This document shows positions 38,010-50,780 of a DNA stretch of 64,000 bases, piece by piece; the stretch's first letter is position 1, and each line of letters begins with the position of its first letter. Below the pieces are notes generated by a model. It was not told the origin of the DNA and did not search any database. It saw nothing but the letters and a program-made list of their open reading frames with translations. Location of the stretch: assembly GCF_036321535.1 (NCBI RefSeq), contig NC_087472.1, positions 101,186,001-101,250,000 on the forward strand. The letters are read 5' to 3'. The DNA is from Camelus dromedarius. Lineage: Eukaryota. Made by a program: the position numbers and the translations under genes.

Positions 38010-38195
38010 CTATTATACTGTGCAGAATACTATGTATAATGATATTTAGTAATGTGTAATTATATATTTAATAAAAATAGAATTAGGTGAATAAGACTTC
38101 CTGGAGACTTTGGTGGAAAAGAACACTGTGGTTTCTGTTGGTGCTTGGCATGGCTGTGCTAGAGATTTGCTAATGCTTATTAAAACCCATTACCT

Positions 38196-39228
38196 CATAT
38201 TTGCAAAAGATGAAACTGAGAAGGGCTTGATATCCAGAATATATAAACAGCTCATACAACTTAATAAGAAAAAAACAAACAACCCAATCCAGAAATGGGC
38301 AGAAGACCTAAACAAGGAATTCTCCAATGAAGACATACAAATGACCAATAGGCACAAGAAAAAATGCTCAATATCACTAATTATCAGAGAAATGCAAATC
38401 AAAACTACGATGAGGTGTCACCTCACACCAGTCAGAATGGCCATCATTCAAAAGTCCACAAATGACAAATGCTGGAGAGGGTGTGGAGAAAAGGGAACCC
38501 TCCTGCACTGCTGGTGGGAATGTAGTTTGGTGCAGCCATTGTGCAAAACAGTATGGAGAGTCCTCAAATGACTGAAAATAGACTTACCATATGACCCAGC
38601 AATCCCATTCCTGGGCATATATCCAGAAGGAACCCTACTTCAAAAAGACACCTGCACCCCAATGTTTATAGCAGCACTATTCACAATAGCCAAGACATGG
38701 AAACAACCTAAATGTCCATCAACAGATGACTGGATAAAGAAGCTTTGGTATATTTATACAATGGAATAGTACTTAGCCATAAAAACGACAACATAGTGCC
38801 ATTTGCTGCAACACGGATGTCCCTGGAGAATGTCATTCTAAGTGAAGTAAGCCAGAAAGAGAAAGAAAAATACCATATGATATCACTTATATGTGGAATC
38901 TAAAAAAAAAAAAGACAAATGAACTTATATATAAAACAGAAACAGACTCACAGACATAGAATACAGACTTGTGGTTGCCAGGAGGGAGGGGAGTGGGAAG
39001 GGATAAACTGGGAGTTCAAGATTTGAAGATACTGACAGGTATATATAAAATAGATAAACAAGTTTATACTGTATAGCATAGGAAAAAATATTCAGTATTT
39101 TGTAGTAGCTTATGGTGAAGAAGAATATGAAAATGAATGTATGTATATTCATGTATGACTGAAGAATTTTGCTGTACACCAGAAATTGACACAGCTTTGT
39201 AAACTGACTATAACTCAAAAAAAAAAAA
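38196..39228 (+). mobile_element. Young 5'-truncated L1 with poly(A)
   Basis: ORF2 C-terminus ([37 protein letters not shown]) with a premature stop at 38569-38571; full 3' UTR; A tail 39217-39228. Confidence 0.93.
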
Positions 39229-39259
39229 CACAAAACATTTCCTCTTCTGAAACACTCAG

Positions 39260-39610
39260 TTAACTTTTTTTTCTGCCCCCTTGCACCTAGAAGGGGCCAT
39301 GTGACTAATTGAAGAGGGGTGGAAGGGGTGCAGCTCATTTCTTGGTCCCTAAACCATCCCAGGTGATCTTACGTATTCTCTCACTTTATTCATCAGCCAA
39401 CCAAATTCAGAGGATCCCAAGCGTATAAGGGATGATAGACTTACAAGGTAGAAGGAGCCTAGACCCCTGAATCACTGCTTGAAGAAAAGCCATCTGGCAG
39501 AGCCTCTCCACTAAAACACCTACATTGGATTTTGTGTGAATGAGAAATAATCTCTTTAGAATTTGGAATTAATTAATTGTTATAGCATAATATAGCTTAA
39601 CTTGCATAAT
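39260..39610 (+). mobile_element. MaLR LTR fragment (MLT1-type)
   Basis: GGGGCCATGTGACTAA..AGAAGGAGCCTAGACCCCTGAATCACTGCTTG..GTGTGAATGAGAAATAA. Confidence 0.6.
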
Positions 39611-40721
39611 TAAGAGGCTCAGAATATTTGATATTAAAGAATAGTGCAGCTCTGGAAATTTGGAAGACTTGAGGAAATGTGGGGACAGATATTTATGCAT
39701 ATTAGTTAACAAAATTCATTTATTCCCATTGCTTTAAAATGACATATTATAAATAATTCTAATTTCAAAAAACCATGTCAGCAAAATGATACAGTCCTTC
39801 AACAGTCTTCAGTTCTTCAGAGTCTCCCTGGGGCCCCAGTGTCTCAACTAGATACCTGAGAGTCAAGGTAACTATAAGGTGGGCCCACTATACTTCCCCA
39901 CAGTCTGGTTCTGATATGCTGACCTGTATGTTCTTTTCCAAGGCAGAAGTCAGAAGAAATTTTCCATTTTGGTTGCTTTTCATAGAAGTTGAAGGATGAA
40001 ATTACAGGGCTCATTCAGCCATATGCAGATAATAAAGCAAGTCAACTGAATGGCAGATATTAAAGGGAGGCCAAACATCCAGATGTTTAATCCTTCCCAT
40101 TAATTAGAATAAAAATCCTGTGGAATGTGAAGGGTCAGAGGTCAGTGAGTTATATTAATCCATAGTTTTTCTTAGACTTCTTAAGAGAATTTGAAGTTGC
40201 TACCTTTAAAAATGCAAACTGCGTCGCAGTATTTACATATTTTATGTGGGAAGTGGCAGGTTTTAATTTTAACTGCACACCACCTTCTCAATTGTTCCCT
40301 GAACAGAGTAGAAACTAAGAAAATTAGATGGAGGGAAAAAAATGACGATAAAATGGGGGACTGAAATGAGTTTAAAGTTCAAACAGAGTGCATTCCATAG
40401 CTGGCACATTCTATAATCCATGCACATTTGATCAGGAAAACTATATGGTCTCATAGTGTTTTTCACTGAGTAGACTCAAAGCAAGGAAAATTCATTCTAG
40501 AAGAAAAAAATAGATAGACTCATGGTATGCACAAAGAGAGAGCCCCAGGGTTTTAAGATTTCTTCCAATCTGATATAAAACTCTTTAAGAAAAAAGAGGT
40601 TGATTTTATGCTTTGGCCTTCCTTGGTTTTGTGCTTTGGAATTGAACTCACCTTCTATTTAAATTGTGTGAAGGAATGTTAAATGATAAATGACAGATAA
40701 ATTAAAATTTTCAGCCATACC

Positions 40722-40760
40722 AAAAAGAAAGAAAGAAAGAATGAAAGAAAGAAAGAGAAG
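40722..40760. repeat. (GAAA)n tetranucleotide repeat
   Basis: AAAAAGAAAGAAAGAAAGAATGAAAGAAAGAAAG. Confidence 0.9.
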
Positions 40761-41658
40761 AAGCCTGAGAGGAAGGATATTCTTTTTCCTTTTTGTTCGT
40801 CAAGTTCTTCTTTGTGCAGCTTTATGAATTGAGCTGAGGACATACTCTTGGAAAAGCTACCTCATCATTTTAGAAAACACTTTCTTTAGGTCACATTTAT
40901 AGACATTTGCCTTCTGCTTGCACCAGGCTCTTTGCCCTCTATCACCAGATACTATATTAGTCACAATAGGATAGGCTGTTCTGCAGTAACAAAACTGCCT
41001 TTCTGGGTAGGGTGAAAACTGCCCTTCTCTTTCTGTCAAGAGAATTTCAATCAATCCTGCTTTTGCTTTCAAAATGATGTTTTTTACCCCCTGCAGGCTT
41101 CAGGGTCTCAATTTAGACAGTAGTATCCGAACATCTTCTCTTTGCATTCCACCTTCAATAGTCCTCAGCCAACCTGGATGTCCCTGACTGTCCAGATAAG
41201 AGTCAATACAAGAAAGTGCAGGAAAGAAAAACCCTAAGCTGTGCATTTTCAGTGATTATTCCTGTAACACTCTGCCTCAGTTTTTGGTGTACACTTGTAA
41301 TTTTGTGACAGGCTTTTGAGTGCGGAGCACTCGGGCTCAGCCCTGTGTCCCCCTGGGCATGTGAACAGATGTTTGCAGGACTGGAGATTTTTTTAAGACT
41401 TTCACTAGGCATTCCCTTTTTGATCAAGGGTTCTTTCACAAGAGGCTCAAAGACACTCTCAGGGACAGCAAGGAGGCACTAAAGTTTGTCAAAAGATATG
41501 TCCAACCTGTGTATTAATGGCAGTGCCATTTTGTTTATAACTATTGGAATGCATTGGCTTTTTTAAAAAATTGAGGTGTAGTTGATGTACAATATTATGT
41601 AAGTTACAGGTGTACAACATAGTGATTCACCATTTTTAAAGGTTATACTCCATTTATA

Positions 41659-44220
41659 TGGACAATTTCTTAGCAAGGTACAATTTGCCATGAATAAACC
41701 AGAAAGAAACAGATAATATGAATAGACCAATTACCAGTACTGAAATTGAATCAGTAATTAAAAACGTCCCAACAAACAAAAGTCCAGGATCAGATGGCTT
41801 TATAGGTGAATTCTACCAAACATTTAGAGAAGAGTTAACACCTATCCTTCTGAAACTATTCCAAAAATTTGCAGAGGAAGGAACACTTCCAAACTTACTC
41901 TATGAAGCCATCATCACCCTGATACCAAAACCAGACAAGGATATCACACGAAAGAGAAAATTACAGGCTAATATCACTTATGAATATAGACACAAAAATG
42001 CTCAACAAAATACTAGCAAATTGACTCCAACAATGCATTGAAAGGATCATACATCATGATCAAGTTGGATTTATCCCAGGGATGGAGGGATTTTTCAGTA
42101 ACCGCAAATCAATCAATGTGATACACCACATTAACAAACTGAAGAATAAAAACCATATGGTAATTTCAATAGATGCAGAAAAAGCTTTTGATAAAATTCA
42201 ACATCCATTTATGATCAAAACTCTCCAGAAAGTTGGCATAGACGGAACATACCTCAACATAAAAAAGGCCATAAATGACAAACCCGCAGCTAGCATCATA
42301 CGTAATGGGGAAAAGCTGAAAGCATTTCCTCTAAGATCAGGAACAAGACAAGGATGCCCACTTTCACTACTTTTATTCAGCATAGTTTTGGAAGTCTTAG
42401 CCATAGCAATCAGAGAAGAATAAGAAATAAAAGGAATCCAAGTTGAAAACAAAGAAGTAAAACTGTCATTGTTTTCAGATGACATGATACTATACATAGA
42501 AAACCCTAAAGAAGTGACCAGAAAACTGCTAGAACTCATCAATGAATATGGTAAAGTTGCAGGACACAAAATTAATATACAGAAGTCAGTTGCATTTCTA
42601 TACACTAACAGTGAAATAGCAGGAAGGGAAATTAAGGAAATGATACCATTTACCATCGCACCAAAAAAGAATAAAATACCTAGGAGTAAACCTACCCAAG
42701 GAGGCAAAAGACCTGTATGCCAAAAACTATAAGACACTGATGAAGGAAATTGAAGATGACATAAACAAATGGAAAGATATACTGTGTTCTTGGATTGGAA
42801 GCATCAATATTGTTAAAATGGCCATACTGCCCAAGGCAATTTAAAGATTCAGTGCTGTTCCAATCAAATTACTAATGACATTCTTCACAGAGTTGGAACA
42901 AAAAAAAAGTTAAAATTTGTAGAGAAACACAAAAGACCCCGAATAGCCAAAACAATCTTGAAAAAGAACAGAGCTGGGGGAATCACGCTCCCTGACTTCA
43001 GACTACACTACAAAGCTACAGTAATCAAAACAGTATGGTACTGGCACAAAACCAGACACATAGATCAATGGAACAGGATAAACAGTCCAGAAATAAACCC
43101 ACACATGTATGGTTAATTAATCTATGACAAAGGAGGCAAAAATATTCAATGGAGAAAAGACAATCTCTTCACTAAATGGTGCTGGGAAAACTGGACAGCT
43201 ACATGTAAAAAACTGAAATTAGAACATTCTCTAACACCATGTACAAAAATAAACTCAAAATGGACTAAAGACCTAAATGTAAGACCAGATACTATAAAAC
43301 TAGAGAAAAATATAGGCAGAACACTCACAGACATACATTATAGCAGTATATTTTTTGAACCAGCTGCTGGAGTAATGGAAATAAAAGCAAAAATAAACAA
43401 ATGGGATCTAATTAAACTTAAAAGCTTTTGCACAGCCAAGGATACCATCAGCAAAACAAAAAGACAACCTACAGAGTGGGAGAAAATATTTGCAAATGAT
43501 GCAACTGACAAGGGACTAATTTCCAAAATACACAAACAGCTCCTACACCTTAATATGAAGGAAACAAGCAACCCAATCCAAAAATGGGCAGAAGACCTAA
43601 ACAAGCAATTCTCCAGTGAAGACATACAGATGACCAATAGGCACATGAAAGAATGCTCAGCATCACTAATCATCAGAGAAATGCAGGTCAAAACTACAAT
43701 GAGATATCACCTCACACCAGCCAGAATGGCCATCATTGAAAAGTCTACAAATGATAGATGCTGGAGAGGATGTGGAGAAAAGGGAACCCTCTACACTGTT
43801 GGTAGGAATGTAGATTGGTGCAGCCACTATGGAGGACAGTATTGAGGTTCCTTAAAAAAATTGAAAATAGACTTACCATGTGATCCAGCAGTCCTATTCC
43901 TGGGCATATATCCAGAGAAAAATAAAATTCAAAAGGACACATGCACCCCAGTGTTCATAGCAGTACTATTTACAATAGCCAAGACATGGAAACAACCCAA
44001 ATGTCCATCAACAGATGACTGGATAAAGAAGATGTGGTACACATATATAATGGAACACTACTCAACCATAAAAAAGAACAAAATAATGCCATTTGCAGCA
44101 ATATGAATGGACCTGAAGATCATCATTCTAAGTGAAGTGGGCCAGAAAGAGAAAGAAAAATGCCATATGACCTCATTAATATGAGGAATCTAAAAAAAAA
44201 TAATGACACAAATGAACTAC
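41659..44220 (+). pseudogene. L1 ORF2 remnant (RT through C-terminal Cys domain), 5'-truncated
   Basis: ORFs 41718-42041 (KSPGSDGFIGEFYQTF), 42082-42423 ([25 protein letters not shown]), 42469-42732 (FSDD at the RT active site), 43375-44106; broken by stops and frameshifts; 21-bp TSD AAAGGTTATACTYCATTTATA at 41638-41658 and 44538-44558. Confidence 0.95.
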
Positions 44221-44873
44221 TTATTATTTATAACTTAGATGATTGATTTCTTGAATATGTGTAAGCACATTTGACTGTCCTTTATGATTGGATTACCGCA
44301 TTCTGTTGATTCTTATTTTGTAGTTTGCTTTATTCCTTTTATAATTATGTAAGTTTAAAAAGCTAAAGCTCTAATCTGTTCTTAGAAACAATGATCAGTA
44401 AATACATATAAACTAAAAAAAATGTGCAGTATACTGTTTGTATTTACATGCAATATAATGTATATGTACAGTTTAACTGTAATAATTCTACCTAATAAAA
44501 CTGAAAAAGGAAAAAAAAGAAATAGATAACCTGAAAAAAAGGTTATACTTCATTTATAGATGTTATAAAATATTGGCTTGTAGCTTATTTATTTTATGCA
44601 TAATAGTTTGTCTTAATCCTCTACCCGTGTCTTGTCCTTTCCCCTTCCCTCTCCCCACTGTTAACCACTAGTTTGTTCTTTATGTCTGTATGTTTCCTTT
44701 TTGTTATATTCACTAGTTTATTTTACTTTTTACATTACACATATAAGTAATATCATACAGTGTTTGTTTTCTCTGTCTAATTTATTTCCCTGGGCATAAT
44801 ACCCTCCAAGTCCATCCATATTGCTGTAAATGGTAAAAGTTCATTCTTTTTTATGGCTGAGTGGTATTGCATT

Positions 44874-44902
44874 GTGTATGTGTATGTATGTGTGTATGTG
44901 TA

Positions 44903-44932
<30 letters not shown>
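44874..44932. repeat. (TG)n/(TA)n microsatellite inside an L1 3' region
   Basis: GTGTATGTGTATG..GTGTGTGTGTGTATATATATATATATAT. Confidence 0.9.
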
Positions 44933-44933
<1 letters not shown>

Positions 44934-46142
44934 CACATCTTTATTCATTCATCTGTTGATGGACACTTAGGTTGCTTCCATATCTTGGCAATTGTAAATA
45001 ATGCTGCTATAAACATTGGAATGCATGTATCTTTTCGAATTAGTGTTTTTGTTTCTTTTGGATATATACCCAGGAGTGGAATTGCTGGGTCATATAGTAG
45101 TTCTGTTTTTAGTTTTCTGAGAAATGTCCATACTGTTTTCCATAGTGGCTGCACCAAACTACATTCCCACCAATAGCGTATGAGAGTTCCCTTTTTTCCA
45201 CATCCTCATCAACATTTGTTATTTCTGTTCTTTTTAATGATAGCCATTCTGACAGATGTGAAGTGTATCTCATGGTGGTTTTGATTTGCATTTTTTTGGT
45301 GATTAGCAATGTTGAGCATCTTTTCACATGCTGTTGGCCATCTGTATGTCTTCTTTGGAAAAATGTCTGTTCAGGTCTTCTGTCCATTTTTTAATTGGGT
45401 TTTTTTTTATGTTGAGTTGTCTGAGCTGTTTATATATTTTGGATATTAACCCCTTATCAGTCATATCATTAGCAAATATTTTCTCCCATTCAGTAGGTTG
45501 TCCTTTTTGTTTTGTTGATGGTTTCCTTTGCGGTGTAAAAGCTTTTGAGTCTAATTAGGTCCCATTTGTTTGTTTTTGCTTTTATTTCCTTTGCTTTAGA
45601 AGTCAAATCCAAAAAAATACTGCTATGACTTATTCATTTTAATGGCGACCCATTTTGTTTATAACTATTGTAATATATTGTTTTTTAAAATAGTGTAAAC
45701 ATTTTATATATAGGCAGGAAACTCAAATTAAATCTTTATATAGATGCAGGTGATGAAGGAAGGTGCCCAGACTCCTCAAGGCTGTATCCAGAGTCTGGTA
45801 CAAGGAAAAGAGGAATAGAGGGAGGGAGCAGGGAGAGAACAAAGGGGAGTGGGAGGAGGTGGCATGGCAGACCTTGGGGCATTTCCACGAGTGTAGCTTT
45901 AGCAGGCCTGGGCTCAGATGTGGACACAAGGCCTTACTCCCAGGGTCCTAGTCACGGAGGTTAGGGAAGACCCAAGCTGCAACCACAAGCTTTTGTGTGT
46001 CTGGGCCAGAGGTACTTCCTGAAGAGAATGCCAGAATAGTGGAGTACAGTTTCAAAGACCAGGAAGCTGGAAGCCAGAGGCTACCCCCAGAGGTTAAGCC
46101 TCCTCACCTTAAGGGGAGAAAGAAAGAAAACGAGTACCTATC

Positions 46143-46509
46143 TGCTATGGTCTGAATGTTTGTGTCCACCCAAAATCCATATAATGAAACTCTAACCACA
46201 AATGTGATAGTGTTAGGAGGTGGGGCCTTTGAGAGGTGCTTATATCATGAGGATGAAGCCCTCATGAATGAGATTAGTGCCCTTATAAAAGAGGCTCCAG
46301 AAACCTCCCTTGCCTCTTCCACCATGTGAAAACACAGAGAGAGGATGGCCATTTATGAATTAGAAAGCGGGCTCTTGCCAGACATAAAATCTGCTGGTAC
46401 CTTGATCTTGGACTTCCCAGCCTCCAGAACTGTGAGAAATAAATTTATGTTGTTTATAAACCAACCAGTCTCTGGTATTTCGTTATAGCAGTCTGAATGA
46501 ACTAAGATA
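46143..46509 (+). mobile_element. MaLR solo LTR (MLT1A-type), full length
   Basis: TGCTATGGTCTGAATGTTTGTGTCC..TATAAAAGAGG..CAGCCTCCAGAACTGTGAGAAATAAA..ACTAAGATA; 5-bp TSD CTATC/CCATC. Confidence 0.92.
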
Positions 46510-47083
46510 CCATCCTAGAGGGAAAAGTTTAGCTCTTTTTCTCTTATTCCATCTCTACCTCTAGTATTAGGGAAATGAGGGTGTGGTATGACATTGGAAC
46601 ACTGGGACATGGCCTTCCACTGACAAAAGTGGTACTGAATTTCCAATCTCAAAGTTCTGCTGGGTTAATTCCTAGAGCCCCTTTTTTGTCACTCAAATCC
46701 TTCAACAAGGCAGCTCAGTTCCAACACCCTCACATGCAACCCAGGGATGCATATGGTCCCCAGCAGCTGAGAGTTCCATCATCAGCTATCTGATGAGACT
46801 TCTGCTTTCACACAGCCCTCCCGGCAACTGCCCAGACAGTCTAGCTCATTAAGCTTGCAGCCTGTTAGGTGCTGAGTAAAGGCCCCTTTCTCTGCCTCAG
46901 GCCCCTCCACCTGCAAGCTTCCCTCTGCAGAAAGGGGGCCCTGCAGTAAAGATTTTGACAAATATGTGTTCATGAATGCAAATGCATCATGGGTGATAGG
47001 AAAGGGAGAAAGAGGAACAAATAGACTAACTGGAACAAATGGGCCAAGAAAGAAGGGAGTCGGGGCACGTATGGGGTGGGGTT

Positions 47084-47107
47084 TGTGTGTGTGTGTGTGT
47101 GTGTGTG
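47084..47107. repeat. (TG)n microsatellite
   Basis: About 12 perfect TG units. Confidence 0.95.
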
Positions 47108-48039
47108 AGATAAAGAAGAGGGCAGGGTGTTACCGGTGGAGAAAAGCGTGAGTGGTAGGGTTGGACCAAGCAGAGCTCCGTCCTTGGCTTGGGTTTTTAG
47201 GTCCACCCTGTGTGGGCATCCAGAGGTGGTTAGGAAGTGGGAGATGTGCAAGTGACCTAATAGGTGCTTCTAGAAGAGGAACTGGGACAAGGTGGCCAGG
47301 ACTTGGGGGTTGGATAGTGGGTAGCCTAGGGGTGGGAAAGAAGGATTGAAGATCTGTCTGATGGAGACTCCTGGCATTTACCTCCCTGATTTCAGGAACT
47401 CCTCAGGACATAGGCTTCACTTTGGGAACACTCTTTTTCTTCCTTCCCCCTTCAAGGCTCTTGCTGACTGTTTAACCACTTCCTGCCTGCTAAGGCCGGT
47501 TCTAGGAGCAGGAATGGTTCCCTCACAGTATGATATGCCCTTCCCTGGAGAGCTGCTGCTGAGGCCTGACTGTGTGGGAGTCAGGGCTGAGGGCTGCCCA
47601 GCCAAGAAGCAGAAACAAGACAGGGCTTGGTTTCTTCTTCATTAATTTCTCCAAACTATAAAAACGACTCTCTCTTGCATGCTCTTGTTCACTTTGCTAT
47701 TCTCACCTGCTTATTCTTCAACTTAAATGCTGGAATCACTTTGTTAAGTTAAAAAAATTCCAGTAGGATTTTGATTGTAATTGTGTCAAAACAACGTATT
47801 ACTGCTCTTCCTTAAAATTGAATTTGAGACTAAATAATACAGAACTTTTTATTCAGAAAGGACTTTTTGGCTTATTTATTTATTCATGTACCCAGCAATA
47901 TATTTGAGCACTTAGGAAAGTGCTAGAAAAGTGGCCCCATTGTCTAGGGACACTGAGAGCCACTTGAAGCAAAGGGAAGAGGAAGGACAGTCCTTGTACT
48001 TGCACAGCTCACCTTCCCTGCCTTGCCCCAATTCCAGTC

Positions 48040-48225
48040 CTGATTGAGCCTGTTACCATTTAAAATTTTGATATTATATTCATTATGTATTTTTGCATTA
48101 ATTTTAATTAAAATATTGCATTAGAATATTTATCTTGATTACTGAGTTCTTTTGAAAGCCCTTTAAATTTTTCATCCGAGGTGAGTGCCTCACTTCCCCA
48201 CCCCCTCCCCTTGTCCTCAGTCCAT
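48040..48225. mobile_element. hAT MITE (MER53-like)
   Basis: TTTAAAATTTTGATATT..TTTGCATTAATTTT..TATCTTGATTACTGAGTT..GAGGTGAGTGCCTCACT. Confidence 0.6.
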
Positions 48226-48489
48226 GGAGCAATTACAGCAAGTAAGAGTAGAGAGGAAACAGGACTGGAAACTGCTCAGGGAGCCAGGATGACTGAAGAC
48301 CAGGAGTGAGAAACTTCCTAACTCCAGTCAATTCCTAAACAAAATCATGCAATTCTTCTTAACAATGCAGTGTAGAAATACCTGTTCTCAGAAGGGCTGC
48401 CAGACCACAACTATGGCACACGCCTCACAGCTGAAGAGGAGAAGGGCACAGCTCGAGTGTTGCCATCCAAAAAGGAGTATCTGCATTGT

Positions 48490-50085
48490 CCCATGTGGGA
48501 GCCACCAGCCACATGTTACTCTTGAGCACTTGAAGCACAGTCAGTCCTAATTGTGATGTGCTGTTAAGTATAAACTTTACACTGCATTTCAAAGACTCAG
48601 TATAAAAAAAAGAAAGCCATATATCTTATTCAAAATTTGTTTTATGTTGGTTACCTATTGAAATAATATTTTGGATATGTTAGGTCGATTAAAATATATT
48701 AAAATGAATCTCACCACTTTTTTCTATTTTTTTTTATTGAGGTATAGTCAGTTTACAATGTTGTGTCAATTTCTGGTGTACAACACAGTTCTTCAGTCAT
48801 ACATGAATATACATATATTCATTTTCATAATCTTTTTCACCATAAGCTACTACAAGATATTGAATATATTTCCCTGTGCTGTACAGTATAAACTTGTTTG
48901 TCTGCTTTATATATACCAGTCAATATCTGCAAATCTTGAACTCCTAGTTTATCCCTTCCCATCCCCCTCCCCCCTGGCAACCACAAGTCTGTATTCTATG
49001 TCTGTGAGTCTGTTTCTGTTTTGTGTATAAGTTCATTTGTCTGTTTTTTTTTTTTTTTAGATTCCACATATGAATGATACCATATGGTATTTTTCTTTCT
49101 CTTTCTGGCTTACTTCACTTAGAATGACGTTCTCCAGGGACATCAATGTTGCAGCAAATGGCATTGTTTTATCATTTTTATGGCTGAATAGTATTCCATT
49201 GTATAAATATACCACAACTTCTTTATCTAGTCCTTTGTCAATGGACATTTATGTTGTTTCCATGTCTTGGCTATTGTAAATAGTACTGCTATGAACACTG
49301 GGGTGCATGTGTCTTTTTGAATTAGGGTTCCTTCTGGATATATGCCCAGGAGTGGGATTACTGGGTCATGTGGTAAATCTATTTTTAGTCTTTTGAGGAA
49401 TCTCCGTACTGTTTTGCACAATGGCTGCACCAAACTGCATTCCCAGCATCAGTGCAGGAGGGCTTCCTTTTCTCCACACTCTCTCCAGCATTTATCATTT
49501 GTGGACTTTGAATGATGGCCATTCCACATCAACAAGAGAAAGGACAAAAACCACGTGATCATCTCAATAGATGCAGAAAAAGCATTTGATAAAATTCACC
49601 ACCCATTTATGATAAAAATCCTTACCAAGTCGGTATAGAGGGAACATATCTAACATAATAAAAGCTGTTTATCACAAACCTGCAGCCAGCATAGTACTCA
49701 ATGGTGAAAAACTGAAAGCCTTCCCACTGAAATCTGGGACAAGACAAGGTTGTACACTCTCACCACTTCTATTCAACATAATCTTGGAAGTCCTAACCAC
49801 AGCAATCAGGCAAGAAAAAGAAATAAAATGGATCCAAATTGGAAAAGAAGAGGTAAAATGGTCAGTATATGCAGATGACATCATGCTATATGTAGAAAAC
49901 CCTAAAAGCTCCACACAAAAACTACTAGAACTAATAAAAGAATTCAGCAAGGTAGCAGGATACAGATTAATGTACAGAAATCACCAGTTTTTTTTTAAAA
50001 TGTGGGAACTAGCAAGTTTTCAGTTTCATGTGTGGCTTGTGTTTGTGGCTCATACCATATTTCTATTGGACAGCAGTGGTCTGAG
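48490..50085. mobile_element. MER33/MER3-type hAT MITE (48490-48722 and 49981-50085), split by an L1
   Basis: AGCCACCAGCCACATG..GAGCACTTGAA..TTGGATATGTTAGG..; right part TGTGGCTCATACCATATTTCTATTGGACAGCA. Confidence 0.75.
48723..49980 (-). mobile_element. Young L1 with a 5' inversion (twin-priming structure)
   Basis: Minus-strand 3' end 48723-~49524 fused to a + strand ORF2 RT segment ~49525-49980 (YADD in ORF 49784); flanks TCACCACTTTTT and TCACCAGTTTTT. Confidence 0.9.
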
Positions 50086-50449
50086 TAGTAGTGGGGATAT
50101 GTCCTTGAACTCAATTGCAGGGACCCTGATCACAGGGCCCTTGAGAATTTCATCGCCCATTGAGGTACATCCTCTAACCTCTTCTGTCTGACTGAATGGT
50201 CAGCATGTAACCTGTATAAAGAGGCCAAGTAGAAAGATGTAAGTTGGATCTCATATGTAGTCAGGGATGGGACTTGGCCTTATGGTGGTGAGGGAGGGCA
50301 CTGGAGAGTGAGGGGTGAAGAAGTGCAGTGGAGATCCTTTTGGACCTAGCACCTCTGAACATATTTCTTACTTTTGGAGACTGCCCCACAATAAAAGAGA
50401 GATTCTTACTCTCTCAACCTCCTTTGCAGGTAGGGATCAGGGCTCAGCC

Positions 50450-50780
50450 GATCAAACACACACAGGTCTGTGTTTGATGTGATGTGAAAGCAGCCAGTGT
50501 TACTGCATGGAATCCATGAGGGTGGGGGTGGCAGCACCAGCTAACAGTAGCAGTGAGGCAGAGATTCAGCATTAATGGGTGGGTGATGCCAGCTATTACG
50601 ATGTTGCCAGGAGGTGGCAGGGGTGTCTCTACCAGACCAGGCCTTGGTGAAATTTGTAGCATTGTTCTTCACTACATTGTCTTTAAACTGGTTCTCTGGC
50701 CTTTCAGAGATTCTCCATATCCTTCAATTTTTTTCTTAGCTAGAATGTTGTTGTCTGTGATAAAATCCTGAGTGACATAC
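50450..50780. mobile_element. Old ERVL-type LTR fragment (tentative)
   Basis: 3' part CTTAGCTAGAATGTTGTTGTCTGTGATAAAATCCTGAGTGACA resembles ERVL LTR ends. Confidence 0.4.

Larger units (their letters stand above)
41560..45635 (-). mobile_element. L1 3' end (L1MA9/L1_Art-like), split by a + strand L1; own sequence at 41560-41658 and 44538-45635
   Basis: 3' UTR ATTGAGGTGTAGTTGATGTACAATATT..GGTTATACT.CATTTATA continues at 44541; ORF2 C-terminus in ORF 44945-45157 ([22 protein letters not shown]). Confidence 0.88.

Noticed and set aside
38182..39243. TSD for the young + strand L1 (AAAACCCATTACCT vs AAAACATTTCCT)
   Set aside because: Too imperfect to call confidently.
41097..41260. Exon after acceptor TTTTTACCCCCTGCAG|G
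   Set aside because: No convincing donor nearby and no recognisable reading frame.
41718..44106. Functional reverse transcriptase gene or novel RT system
   Set aside because: It is ordinary L1 ORF2: 5'-truncated, with a stop at 42421-42423 and several frameshifts.
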